64,000 nt of DNA from the human T2T-CHM13v2.0 reference genome, Homo sapiens: NCBI RefSeq assembly GCF_009914755.1, contig NC_060938.1; one strand, written 5' to 3'. Both the position numbers and the translations under genes were made by a program. Below are positions 38,845 to 51,920 of this stretch, piece by piece. How positions within the stretch are numbered: position 1 is the stretch's first letter; each line of letters begins with the position of its first letter. The notes under the pieces are model-generated. The model ran no database searches and was not told where the DNA came from. It saw only the letters and a program-made list of their open reading frames with translations.

Positions 38845-38886
38845 GTATAAGTACAACACGCTAACTGACTGCACCACTGGAGCTCC
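38845..38886 (-). pseudogene. Tailless 5'-half tRNA-Ile(TAT) retropseudogene
   Basis: Minus strand GGA-GCTCCAGTGGTGCAGTCAGTTAGCGTGTTGTACTTATA-C; perfect 17-bp TSD aagattgttctctttct at 38828-44 and 38887-903; no poly-A. Confidence 0.9.
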
Positions 38887-39244
38887 AAGATTGTTCTCTT
38901 TCTTTAGAGGAATGACCATTTTTTTTTGTTTGGTTTGGTTTAGTTTTGGCTTTTATTTGTTTTTCAGTCTTGGAGTGAATCTAAGCTCGTAATTGTTCTG
39001 TAACTGGACATCAAGGAGAGAAGGAGTGTGGGGCTGACTTCTGACCCGCTTACCTTCAATAAATCCTCCTTTTTCCTGTTCTCTCTTACTACTGCCTCTT
39101 ATACCTGTGACCTAGAGCCCAGAGCCTCTTAAGTTTCACAGGTAAGATCAGCTCCCACCTCCTCTCCTGGCCCTACCTGCCCTATAGCTTCCTCTGCATT
39201 GCACACTAATCAACACATTTTAATTTGCCCTCTTCTGGGAATTC

Positions 39245-39251
<7 letters not shown>

Positions 39252-39275
<24 letters not shown>

Positions 39276-39547
39276 TGAGACAGTCTTCAGGCTAGAGTAC
39301 AGTAGCACAATCATGGCTCACTGCAGCCTCGAACTCATGGGCTCAAGCGATCCTCCTACTTTATCCTCCCAAAGTAGTTGGGATTACAGGTGTGCACCAT
39401 TGTGCTTGGCTAATTTTCAAATTTTTTTTTAGAGAAGGGATCTTGCTATGTTGCCCAGGCTGGTCTTGAGCTCCTTGGCTCCAGCAATCCTCCCACCTTG
39501 GCCTCCCAAGCTGCCAGGATTACAGGCATGAGCCACTGTGCCTGGCC
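39252..39547 (-). mobile_element. AluJ
   Basis: Long poly-T, J-type diagnostics; TSD tgggaatt(t)ct. Confidence 0.93.
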
Positions 39548-40339
39548 TGGGAATTTCTTGAAATCATGTATTCACCAGTGATCTCTCCTTCCAAACTCTT
39601 TTCTGTTATAAGCATATTTCTATTCATGTTTCTCTGAGTCCTGAAATTTCAACAGTGTCTCAGGGAATAGGGGGAGTTTATGAATGAGCAGTTTTTGCAT
39701 CCTGAATCAGAAGTCCCCAACACTTGTTTTGAGATGTTTAGACAAGAGGAGAGCAGTACTGTCCCTCCCCCGGGGCTAGAGAGGGGACATCAATGGAGGT
39801 TGCCTGTGAAGGACAATTGTGCAAAGAGAGCAGAATGGCTCTCTCATAAGATGAGCCACAGGAGCTGTACGGCAGCAGGGCAAAGAGACCAGATTAGAAA
39901 ACCCTGAGAGACAAGTTCTTCACATGTAAATCAATTGTCCGCAGAGCTCTCATAAATAACCATGGGTCACTTTGAAAGAGAGTATAAGAGGGAGGTTTAA
40001 TTTCTCAAATTGGCAAGTGAAGCCCATTTCAACATATGTTGCAGATAAGAAAGGAAATGTAACCTTGTATTTCAGTCTGACTTGTTCTTTATAAATGTCC
40101 TTCCATTGAAGTGTTAGTAAAGTTCAAGTGAAGATCGACTTTTAGGGCACAGAAGGTCATTTCCAAAGACAAATTTTTGTTTGGTATAAGATGTTTTACC
40201 TGTTACAGAAAGCCTTACCAATGTGAGGGCTGGAGGACGGGGAGAGCACCAATATTTGTTAAGATTCTACTGTATGTTAGGAGTATTATGTATCTTATTT
40301 TGTTTAATCATCACAAGAACTCTATGAGTTCTTTAAATT

Positions 40340-42160
40340 GAATGAGCAGCCTATGTATACAAGGAACTGTGCTAGGCATTGGAATCATAATAGTCCATAA
40401 AAACAAGCCCTCATGGTATTTATAGCCTAGGGGAGGAGACAGACTTTAAATAATCACAAAAATAAGTAAAACTACACCTGCAAGTGCTACAAAGTACTAC
40501 ATGATGTCCAACAATATATAAATGAGAGACTTACCCAGGATGGGGAAAGGGCCAGAGAAGACATCTCAGAAAATGACATTTGGTCTGGGATCTAAAGAAA
40601 TAATCATTAATCAGTTGAAGAGGAGGAGGAGGATTTTAGGCAGAAGACATAATATGTGCAAAGGCCCTGGGGTTGGAGAGAACATGGCATTTTAAATTTA
40701 AAAGAGTCTTCATTTGGCAACCACCATAGTAAATATTATTTCAGATGAGAATCATCAGTGGATTGTATTATTAAAAGATGAAAGTTTATTTTGTAGTCTC
40801 AGAGTATCTCTCCACAAGATATTTTTTATTACAAAGGGAAAAATGGTAACTTTACTGTGGAGATCTGACAGATATCACTTTAATTAAGTGCTCAAAGTTA
40901 ACATCAACAGTAACAGGATAAATTGATATCACGTGCTTCCCGATTTGATGTACCAAGAACACAGAATCCTTTCTGTGATAGTCCTGTCAAAAATTTATAA
41001 CCTATCTCTAATCATGAGGAACCATCACACAAACCTAAAATGAGAGACATGTTACAAAATAATTGGCCAAGTCTCTTCAAAAGTGTCAAGATCACAAAAG
41101 ACAAAAAAAGACTGAGGAACCGTTCCAGATTAAGGAGTTGAAAGAGACATGGCAACTAAGTAGAATCTGTGATTCTGGGGCAGAACATTTTTTCTTTTGC
41201 TATAAAAGACATTAATGGGATAATTAGTCAAATTTTAAAGAAGGTTTGTTTATTAGAAAATGGTACTATATTTATATTAATTTCTTCATTATAATACTCC
41301 CAAGAAGTTCAGAAAAAAATAGACTAAACAAATGTGGTAAAATTTAGCATTTGAGGAATGTGTGTTAAAGATACACAAGAATTCCTTGTACTATTTTTGC
41401 AACATTTCTGTAAGTCTGAAATTACCTCATAATAAAAGTTTGGAAAAAACAAAAAGCTATGAAAGAAAACTCCTATGAGTGGAGCTCAGTAGATAAGAGT
41501 ATGAGTTGAGATGAGGCCGAACTTACAGGGAAAAGCCAAACCATGCTGTCCTTGAAGATCGTGTTAAAGGTTTTGGTCTTTATCCTGAGAGCAGTGGGAA
41601 GCCACCAAAAGGCATAGGCAGGTAAATGACACTACAAGATGAACATATTAAAAAGATCACACTGGCTCCAGGGCAGCGGAGAGAGACTCCAGAGGATCTC
41701 GAGTAACTGAAGGCGAGACCTGTTGGATGGGAATGTATCATGGTAAAGTAAAAAAGAGTGGTGGCAGTGGACCTGGGTAGAAGTAGGTGGATTCAAGAGG
41801 TTTTGGGAGTTAGCATTTACAAGCTAGGACTGTAAATGAACTGGAAGTGGGAGAGGAGGCAAAGAGAGGGAATGGGAGGAATCAAAATGGACTCTCAGGT
41901 TTCTAGTTTCATGAATTGGTAGATAAAGGAAGCCTCTCAGTTAAGAAAGACTAAAAGAAGACCAATTTGGGGGAAAATCAAGAGTCTGATTTTGGTTGTG
42001 TTAAGTTCTCTTTGTGACAACTAAAGGAGATGTCAGGTAGGCAGGTGCACCTGCAGGGCATACATGGAAGGTGGGAAATGTGGCTGAGCTCACCTAGGGA
42101 GCAGGGAGTTGTTGGAAGAATTGTTCACAAGAAAGAGAGCAGGGCCTAGGATGCACTTTG
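40340..42160 (-). mobile_element. L2 fragment split by an L1MC insertion
   Basis: actgtgctaggcattgg...tgtgcaaaggccctg (to ~40693); resumes ~41460 with ttggtctttatcctgagagcagtgggaagcca. Confidence 0.7.
40710..41450 (+). mobile_element. L1MC3/4-like 3' UTR fragment
   Basis: ttacaaagggaaaaatggtaactttactgtggaga...gactgaggaaccgttccagattaa...aataaaagtt. Confidence 0.75.
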
Positions 42161-42189
42161 AAGACTTGTGTTTATCGTCTGTCTGTTGG

Positions 42190-42300
42190 CATTCTTATCC
42201 TCACTTGATAGATGAAGAACACAGGCACAGTGGCCTGCCCAAGGTCACACAACTAGTAAGTGGCAGAGCAGAGATTGAAGCAAAACTCTCACTTCAAATA
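42190..42300 (-). mobile_element. MIR fragment
   Basis: agatgaagaacacaggcacagtggcctgcccaaggtcacacaactagtaagtggcagagc. Confidence 0.75.
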
Positions 42301-43284
42301 TCTGCCTTCCTCAATAATCTTTCAAAAAATTACAAGATGTATCCTTGTTTTTGGTTCTTATCTAATTGTGTGCACAATCAGCCTGAAGAAATCAAAATGT
42401 AGTAAGAAAGAGGAAACATGGAACAAGAGATTTTCATGCCTTCCTTTTTCTGGATGCCTAGTTAATGAGGATTTTTATCAATTAGGAAAAAAAGTAAAAG
42501 CCACATTTTTTTTTTGGTATAGGTTTCCATGTTTGCTTGTAGTTTATCTCCAAAAGCATATTGGAAAGACACTCTTCTTTCTAATGTAAACAAATTCTTT
42601 GGTGCTGGTATGAAGAGTCAGAATAACAGATCCCAGATTTTGGTATAACTTTTCATGATCAGGCTTTGTTGAGCTGGTTCCTCCTTGAACTTTGACAGTT
42701 GTCTCCAGTTAACATGCAAGATATGCAGAGGGAATGGGAGCCAGCCGTGGCCCACTTGGTGGGATCCCAGCCTAACACTGTAGTAATCTTGCTTCCTCTT
42801 CTGATTTCTCATGCAGACCATGGCTACATAAAGGGAGTGAGGAATTTCATGTGTTACTTAGAGATTTCATGTCTGAGATTCCATTAACCTTCTCTGAGTT
42901 AAGTGAAACAAACTCACAGCTGGCCTTTGAACATCTCGTGAAGCAGCCCGTAATAACTCCTGGCCTATGAAGTTGGCTGATGGAGAATCCCTGGGGTGGA
43001 ACACTGAAAGGTGAGGCCAGCCTCAGAGCCCAGTCACTGGAAGCATTTGGAGTGACAAGCTAAAGGCGAGAAGGGCAATGCTCAGAGTCTCCTGGGTAAC
43101 TCAGAAGCCCACTTGTGTTTTTGGATGATTTTTACCCTTTCTAAGTACTTTTATATGAGCTTTTACTGTGCTTTACAAATAGTGAGTATTGCCACACGAT
43201 AGTTTAGTATAGATATGACCTCAGGTCTAGGACATCTTCTCCAAATTCACATTGATCTTTTTAGGAGGAGTCTAGTTTTTCATT

Positions 43285-43575
<291 letters not shown>

Positions 43576-43984
43576 TCAGACAAGCAGATAAACACAGGAG
43601 CTTCAGTTCTTGGCCCATGTAAATCTGAACTTACATTTCAGGTATGGCCTTGAGCTCCCTGGCTATGGTGCTGACCGCTTCTCAGCAGGCTTAGATCAAA
43701 CTCTCCAGTAGAAATATCATCTCTTACTCTCTTTGCAAGCCCAAGAGCCCTCTATTCAATCATCTCCCATGCACGATTGCCAAACCTAGTCTGACCCAGG
43801 ATGGGCCCTCATCAAAGATCTCGGGTTCCGTGGGTGAACTGGGGTCATGGTGGGGTAGGTGAAGCTGTGCCCAAGCTCCTCTTTATAATATCCCTCCTCT
43901 ACTTCCTGTTTACATATCACAGAAACACAACTAAATTATAAATCTTGAAAACATGTCAGAACACAAACACAACAAAAACATTAA

Positions 43985-44140
43985 TAGTGAATAACTCCTG
44001 AGCATGTACTCAGGCGCCAGGCTCTGCACTGAGCCATTCACATACACTACTTTATTGATTCTTCACAACTCTGTGAGGCAATTACTATTATTAGTCACAT
44101 CCCACTGATAAGAGAATAGAGACTCAGCAAGATTAACTAA
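43985..44140 (-). mobile_element. MIR
   Basis: gccaggctctgcactgag...cttcacaactctgtgagg...gagactcag. Confidence 0.65.
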
Positions 44141-45234
44141 TGTCAGTAAGTAGCACCTGGCCAAGGGCACAGAGTAAAACACAACTCTAAATAAGCCACC
44201 AACTCTCCAGGTGGGAGCCCCCCAAACACAGTTTCATTCAGTTTCAGTAATAACCAAAGCAGTTTCATGACCGACAGCCAGGACAGCATTTAACGTAAGG
44301 AGCCTCATAAAATTTAGATTGCAAGCTCATTTCACATGTGTTCCAGCAATGTGATCCCCTACTAGGACAAGCTTTCCTCATAAATGATTGCAAGTATTTA
44401 TAACAATATAATTTACATCCTTGCAACAATTATTCTGTACACAAAAATTCTCATTGATTTTTTTCAACATTTTTGTTGAATTATAGCATTCATACAGAAA
44501 GTGTGCAAGTCCTAAATGTACAGCTCTGTGGATTTTCACCAAGTGAATCCACCTATGTAACCACCACTGACATCAGGAAAGAAAATATTGTGAACACACA
44601 AGTAGGTTTCCTTTCATATCCCTCCCAGTCATAATCCCTCCAGCCCCCCATCCCCAAAGGTAAGCTATTATCTCAACTTCAGTCACCATAGACTTTTCCT
44701 GATTTGAGCCCCATATAAATGGAATCATACATCATATACTCTTCACTGCCTGACTTCTTTTGTTCAACAGTATATTTGTTGAGATTCACTGTGCATAGTT
44801 GTAGATAATTTTCATTGTCCCACAGTATTTTATTGTATGAATAAACTATGATATACTTACTCATTCAACTCTTGATGGACATTAGAGTTGTTTCTAATTT
44901 GGAGTTATCACAAGTAATGTTTCTATGATCATTCTTAAACATGTATTTTGGTACATGTATTGTGCATTTCTGTTGAGCATATATCTAGAAGTAGAAATGG
45001 CAAGTCATAGGGTATATAATATTCAACTTTAGTAGATGCTGTCAAACTACTTTCTAAAATAGTTGTGCCAATTTGCACACCCACCAGCAGGATATGCAGT
45101 ATGTGAAAGTTCTCATTGTTCCACATTCTTATAAATACTTGGTATTTTTAGTCTTTTTCATTCTAGCTATTCTGATAGGTAAGTTGTAGGATCTCACTGT
45201 GATTTTTATTTGCATTTCCAATGAGGTGAGGCAC

Positions 45235-45759
45235 TGTTTTAAGAGTAACTTGCATTTCTCTTAATCAGGTATCAAAAGACACACAGACACAGTTTTCATA
45301 CTCACAGCTCCCTAAAAACAGGAGGCATAGCACACCATAGGGGGGGCCACACAGGAAAGCAACAAGGCAGTCAGGAAAGCAAGGGCAAAACATGGGCAAG
45401 TGCCTTTGTTGTGATTTTCATGGGAAGGAACAGGAGAGGCAAGATGAACAGGTTTAAAATTGGCTAGTTTGAATAATATTTGTACTCTCTGGGGTATAGG
45501 GGCTGTTCCTAATTGTCTGATACCTGGTCCTGAGGTGACTAGGGTAGGAGAATAGTGGCTCCAAATGTTGGAGACCCACAAAGGAGGAGGTTGAAATATG
45601 GGCTCTGGATTGGTTGGTTTACATATGAAACATTCTCAGATTGTTTAATCTATCTCTAGGAATTAGCTAATTCTGGAAGGAAAGGTCCCTCCAAGGTCAG
45701 CAAGGCTCTAAGATGTCAAAGCATCAGAATACAAATAATATGAATTTATGATTAATTAA
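45235..45759 (-). mobile_element. MER74-like ERVL solo LTR
   Basis: ccaaggtcagcaaggctctaagatgtcaaagcatcagaataca matches the antisense MER74 start; TSD ggcac/agcac. Confidence 0.75.
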
Positions 45760-46863
45760 AGCACTTTTTTATTCTTAATGAACATTGGGAGATGTTCTGT
45801 TGTAAAGTACCTATTCCAGTCTTTTGCCTATTTTTTAGCTGAATTGCCTGCCTTATATTATTGATTTGCAGGAATTCTTTCTAGTTATTGGGTATGAGAA
45901 TTTGGTTGGCTGTATGTATTACAAATATCTTTTCTCATTCCATAAATTGCTTTTTCACTCACTTAGAGGTGTCCTATAATAAACAGAGTTCTAAACATTT
46001 ATGTGTTCCAATTTATCAATCCTTATTTTCCTGGTTAATACCTTTAAGAAATATTTGCCTACTCCAAGGTTATAAAGATACTATTCTATATTATCTTCTA
46101 GAAGCATTGTTATTTTAACTTTCATATTTACAACTACAATCCATCTGCAATTTTTATATTTGGTATCATGGGGTAAAAGTTCATTTTTTTCCACTTGGGT
46201 ATCCAATTTGACCAGTATCTTTTATTGAGAGATAATTTTTTCCCATTATTTTCAACAGCAATTTGGTATAAATTAGGTGAACAATAGAATAGACTTACTA
46301 TTCTACTGGTCCTTTGTTGAGAAGATTGTGTCAACACCATACTTTATTTCTTACTGGAAATATAAGAACTTTGAGTTTGTTTTTCAGGAGTGTTGTGGTT
46401 ATTCTTTAAATTTTTATAGAACTTTAGGATCAACTTGTCAACGTCCACACAAAAAAATAGTACTTACTGGGACGCCTTGAATCTAGAGATTAGCGATTCC
46501 AGTTGGCATCATTACAATGTTGTGCCTTTGAAGCCATGAACATGCTATATCCTTCTGTTTATTTAGGTCTTCTCTAATTTCTCTTAATATTATTGTGTAG
46601 TTTTATGTATACAGGTCTGGCACCTCTTTCATTACATTTATTCCCTAGTTATATGATATGTTTTATTGCTTGTGGCAGTCATGGAGCTGCACCACTTGAA
46701 TTTCCCTTTACAAAATAACATTACTGTTGAGCTGCAATAAGGTCTGCAAGCTGAGAGCCTGCAGCTGTTAGCACCTTCAGGATTTTGCCTCATCTTTAGA
46801 GATATAGTCAAGCTATTCTTGGGCAGTCCCAGGTGATGACTGGACACAGTTAAGGTACTGTGG

Positions 46864-47609
46864 TGAATTAGTCCGTTCTCATGCTGCTAATAAAGACATA
46901 CCTGAGACTGGGTAATTTATAAATGAAAGAAGTTTAATTGACTCACAGTTCAGTATGGTTGGGGAGGCCTCAGGAAACTTATAATCATGGCAGAAGAGGA
47001 AGCAAACACGTCATTCTTCACATGGTGATACAGTTGGGCTGGGTCCCCACCCAAATCTCATCTTGAATTATAGCTCCCATAATTCCCATGTGTTGTGGGA
47101 GGGATCTGGTGGGAGATAATTGAATCATGGGGGCCACTTCCTCGATACTGTTCTCATGGTAGTGAATAAGTCTCATGAGATCTGGTAGTTTTATAAGGGG
47201 AAACCCCTTTCGTTTGGTTCTCATTCTCTCTCTTGCCTGTTGCCATGTAAGACATGCCTTTTGCCTTCTGCCTTCCACCATGTTCGTGAGGCCTCCCCGG
47301 CCACGTGGAACTGTGAGTCCATTAAACCTCTTTGTCTTTATGAATTACCCAGTCTCAGGTATGTCTTTATCAGCAGCATGAAAACGGACTAACACACATG
47401 ACAACACTAAGGAGAAGTGCTGAGCAAAAGGCGAAAGCCCCTTATAAAACCATCCGATCTTGTGAGAACTTACTATCATGAGAATAGCATGGGAGAGACT
47501 GCCCCCACGATTCAATTACCTTCCACCGGGTCCCTCCCATCACATGTGGGGATTATGGGAACTACAATTCAAGATGAGATTTGGGTGGGGACACAGCCAA
47601 ACCATATCA
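46864..47609 (-). mobile_element. THE1C-like MaLR solo LTR, split by THE1B
   Basis: tgaattagtccgttctcatgctgctaataaagac ... gggtggggacacagccaaaccatatca. Confidence 0.9.
47026..47396 (+). mobile_element. THE1B-like MaLR solo LTR
   Basis: tgatacagttgggctgggtccccacccaaatctc ... aaaacggactaacaca, 371 bp; TSD catgg/catga. Confidence 0.92.
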
Positions 47610-48310
47610 TGGGATCTGGCCATTTCTGCCCAATATGGATCTTCTGTAACATAATTTTGCTTCAAAGCAACTCCCCAAATGAGTTGATCAAGCATGATAA
47701 TCTGAGGTTCTCTGTGCCAAATTTTGCTTCCTCTCTCTTTTATCTTGTTAGCCCCCAATAAATCTCTCACCCTCCCAAATCTATGTCAGTGTTTATTTCT
47801 CAGAGGATTAAATTGACACAATGCTTTTATTAAGGGCATTGTTAATTAAACTTCAATTCCTAATTGTTTGTTGCTGATATACAATGCAATTGATTTTTGT
47901 ATAGTGGCTTTGTATAATGACTTTACTAAATTCATTATTAATTCTAATTATTATGCATTTTCCAAGTAAGCAAGCTACAAAATCCTCATATCTTTAGTTT
48001 CTTGCTCCTGCTTTATTGCACTGGCTAGGAAAGGTCTATAATGAAATGTTATAAATCCTATAAGACAACGTTATCATTTTTCTTTAAACAGTTATTTGTA
48101 CCTCAAAGAAATAAAAATAATATTTTATAGTTGCCTAAATAATTATATTTCTGATGTTCTTCATTTCTTTCTAAAGATTCAAGCTTCCATATGGTATAAT
48201 AGACCAGCAGTCTAAAGAAATGTCTATAGTATTTTGTAGTGCAAGTTTTCTGCCAATAATTTCTCCCAGGGTTTTTTTCTTCAAAAAATGTCTGTACCTC
48301 AACATTGTTC

Positions 48311-49514
48311 TTTTTTCTTAAAATTGTTTTATTTAAATACAATTCACATACCATACAATTCACCCATTTAAGATGTATAATTAAATGGTTATTAGTATAT
48401 TCACAGAGTTATGCAACCATTACCACAACCAATTTTACATCAACTTCCAAACAAACTCCATATCCATTAGCAGTCACTCCCCACTCTCCTAATCCCTCAA
48501 CTCTAGGCAATCACTAATCTTTCTAATCTTTCTGTCTCTATGTATTTGCCTATTATGGACATTTCTTTCTTTCTTTCTTTCTTTTTTTTTTTTTTGAGAC
48601 AGGATCTCACTCTGTCACCCAGGCTGGAGTGCAGTGACATGACCACAGCTCACTACAGCCTCAATCTTCTGGGCTGAAGCAATTCTCCCACCTCAGCCTC
48701 CTGAGAGTAGCTGGGACCACAGGCACATGCCACCACACTGTACTAATTATTTTATTGTTTGTAGAGACAGGGTTTCACTATGTTGCCCAGGTTAGTCTCA
48801 AAGTCCTGGGCTCAAGTGATCCTCCTGCCTTGGCATCTCAAAGTGCTAGGATTACAGGCATGACCCACTGCACCCAGCTGGACATTTCATAGAAATTGAA
48901 TTATATAATGTATTGTCTTTAGTGACTGGCTTCTTTCACTTAGCATAACATTATCAAGGTTTATCCATGTTGTAGCATGTATCAGAACTACATTTCTTTT
49001 AATGGCCAAATAATATTCCATTGTATGAATATACCATATCTTATTTATTTATTCATCAGTTGATGGACATTTGGGCTGTTTTCACTTTTTGGCTATCGTG
49101 AATAATGCTTCTATAAACATTTGTGTTATAAGTTTTTATGTGGACATATGTTTCCATTTTGATTGGGTATATACCTAAAAGTGGAATGGCTGGGCCATAT
49201 GGTAACTCTACGTTTAATGGTTTGAGGAAATGCCAGACTGTTTTCCAAAGCAGTTGCACCATTTTACATTGCTATCAGCAATCGATGAGGCTTCCAATTT
49301 CTTTGTCTTCTTGCCAGCATTTGTTATTATCTGTCTTTTTTATTATAGCCATCCTACTTGGTGTGGAGTGGTATTTCATTATGGCTTTGATTTGAATTTT
49401 CTTAGTGGCTCATGATGTTCAGAATCTTTTCATTTGCATATCTTCTTTGGAGAAATGTCCTTTGCCCATTTTTAATTGGGTTATTTCTCTTTTTATTATT
49501 GAGTTGTACAATTT
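48311..49514 (-). mobile_element. L1MB7/8-like 3' fragment
   Basis: aattcacataccatacaattcacccattta 3' UTR; ORF 49056-49262 (VQLLWKTVWHFLKPLNVELPYGPAIPLLGIYP). Confidence 0.82.
48566..48878 (-). mobile_element. AluJ
   Basis: (TTTC)n/poly-T tail, dimeric; TSD tggacatttc at 48556 and 48879. Confidence 0.94.
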
Positions 49515-49592
49515 TGTTCTTAAAGAATGTTTCTACTGGATGTAATATTTTGGATAAAAATATTTGTTAAATCACTTAAAGGCATTATTTCA

Positions 49593-50343
49593 GAAAATCA
49601 CCATTAGGCAAATACCCCAGTAAAAATTGTCACAGGCAAGATCTACAGACAAATGCTAGTGAAAGTTGGAGGAGAAACAGGACACTTGCACCGTCTAAAA
49701 GTATCTTGCCACAAGATACTTTTAATTACAAAAGGAAAAGTACTAACTTTTCAGTGAAGAACCATTACCTTAGCTGAGTGATCTAACTTAACACCACCAG
49801 GAATGAGATACACTGGCATCATGAACTCCTTGATATGATGCACTGAGAAGAATACAATATTTTTCTGTGATATGCTTGCCAAAAATGCACAGTCTCCTTC
49901 TAATCACCAGGAAGCATCAGACTAACCCAAATCGAGAGACATTCCACAAAATAACTGACCAGCATCCTTCTTCAAAAGTGTTAAGATAATGAAAGACAGA
50001 AGGGAGTTATGTTAAGATAATGAAAGACAGAAGGGAGTTACTGGGGACCTGACAGAAATTGTAGGAGACAAAACATAATAACTAAATGTAATGTGGGATA
50101 CTTAACTGGATCCTGCAACAGAAAGAGGATATTAGTGGAAAAATTGGTGAAATTCCAATAAATTGTGTAGTTTAGTGAATGGTACTGTACCAGTGTTGAT
50201 TTCTTGGCTTTGATAATTAACAATCCTTATGTATGATGTTAATATTATGGGAAACTGTGTGAAAAATAAACAGCAAAACTCTCTGTACTACTTTTGAAAG
50301 TTTTCTGTATGTCTAAAATTATTTTAAAATAAAACGTTTTTTT
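49593..50343 (+). mobile_element. L1MC3/4-like 3' UTR fragment
   Basis: Homologous to 40710-41450 (cacaagatacttttaattacaaaaggaaaa...cttcaaaagtgt); ends aataaaacg. Confidence 0.75.
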
Positions 50344-51644
50344 AAAATGTGTTATTCCACTATCTTCTAGCCTCTGTCATTTCTGGCAAGAAGTGAATGA
50401 TGATTCAAATCATTTCTCTTTGGATATGTCATTTTCTCTGGCTGCTTTCCATATTTCCTCTTTATCTTTGGTTTTCAGCAATTTGCCTTTGATGCACCTA
50501 GGCATAGTTTTTTTGTGATTTTTAAGTGTGATTTCGCTGAGACTCTTGAATCTCCACATTTATGCCCTTCAATAAATTTGAGAGCCATTCTATCTTTAAA
50601 TAGATTTTTCTGTCTCAGTCTCTATCTTCTCTTCTTAGAATTACAATTATATGGATGATACAGTGTTTGTTGACCTCTTGGTGTCTGAGACTAGGTTTAT
50701 CTTTTTCAAACTTTTTCTCTCTTTTCTTCATATTTTATCATCTCTGTTGCTATTTAGTCACATTCACTGACTCTCTACTCTGTCATTCTTAATTTTTTGA
50801 GTTACATACATTCAGTAAATTTTTAATTTCAGATATTATATTTTTAATTCTAGAACTTCCATAATTTCTTTTTGTACAGTACTTATCTGCTGAGATTCTT
50901 CTCTTAATTTATTCCAAACATATTTTTCTTCATTCTGCATACACTTAATAGCCTAAAATTTTAAAATCCATGCATGCTAATTCCAAGGGCTGTTCCTAAA
51001 TCCTCAGGGCTGGTCTTAGTTTATTGATATTTCTCTTAAGGATGGGGCACATTTTCTTGATCCTTCGTATGTCAAGTAATTTTGGATTGAATCATGGACC
51101 TTGTCAAGTCTATGTTCTAGAGACATCTTTATATTTTATATTCCCCCAAAGAATGTCAGTGTTTTTGTTTTAGCAGTCAACTTATTTGATTTGGTTCGAC
51201 CTCTAACATCTCTCTTGGGCAACGGTTCAAATCTCACTTCTCATCTTTTGGGCTTTGCTGAGCTACTTAGAGTCTGTCCCAGGCATGCATGGTGCAGAAG
51301 TTTACAGACAGAATCTAGGGCTCCAACACTCTTTTTTCCAGAATACCACTCTCACTTTACAGTCACTGTGAGATTCCTGATCTCTGTCCTCTCTCTTCAA
51401 GGCTGAAAGAACACAGTTTCTTATCGGAGTTTTGGTCAGTTCATACAGAACCAACTTTGGTCTGCCCCCAAACCATCAAAATGGAGATCTCCTCCTTATT
51501 GGTAACTTCTTGCAGGTTTCAACTCCCCTCAGTTCAGTTTTCTCCCTTGTGAAGGGGAGACAGTAGTACCTTAAGTTGTTATGAGAGAGCTAAAGGAATG
51601 ATTATCTGTAAAGCCCTTAGTATAAATATCCTTAAGGAATAGCT

Positions 51645-51710
51645 GTATACTATATACACACATACAGATGTATATATGTAAAACATATATATATACACAC
51701 ACACACACAC
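51645..51710. repeat. Mixed (TA)n/(CA)n simple repeat
   Basis: catatatatatacacacacacacacac and flanks. Confidence 0.8.
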
Positions 51711-51920
51711 TATAAGGCACATAGTATAAATACACGAAAAGCATAATAGGATTCAAAAATTAATTTCTTTCAAAAACACAAAAGCTATGGAAAACAGCTT
51801 TTTTTAACCCTTCTTTTCCCTCTACAGCACCTAGATAGTACGTGACTCATACATAGCAGTGCCTAAAAATTGTTTATGAATAAAACAGAGGAGAATGCAT
51901 AGGCCATAGTGTGTTATGTA

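Larger units (their letters stand above)
36960..39700 (-). mobile_element. HAL1 / old L1M ORF1-type element, host of the tRNA fragment and an AluJ
   Basis: ggatacagaattctaggtc...aattttcccttagaattttatggcattgctccac and gcacagctgccatgctggaactttccttca resemble antisense HAL1. Confidence 0.55.
46671..47820 (+). mobile_element. LTR16A-like ERVL solo LTR, split by THE1 elements
   Basis: tgtggcagtcatggagctgc...gcaccttcaggat; resumes at 47610 with ctggccatttctgcccaa...cccaataaa...gacaca; TSD ttgct/atgct. Confidence 0.75.
44458..48090 (-). mobile_element. L1ME1-3-like 3' region, interrupted by MER74 and LTR16A/THE1
   Basis: Antisense L1 3' UTR and ORF2 end; ORF 44935-45126 (ILLVGVQIGTTILE...PYDLPFLLLDI) is ORF2 C-terminus-like. 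Confidence 0.75.
48100..51530 (-). mobile_element. Old L1M(E) ORF1/5' region, split by L1MB(-), AluJ(-) and L1MC(+)
   Basis: Pieces at ~48100-48310, 49515-49592 and 50345-51530 (ttattccactatcttctagcc...ttctctggctgctttc...ctttggttttcagca). Confidence 0.55.

Noticed and set aside
38845-38886. Functional tRNA gene
   Set aside because: Only the 5' half is present: no T arm, B box or 3' acceptor strand.
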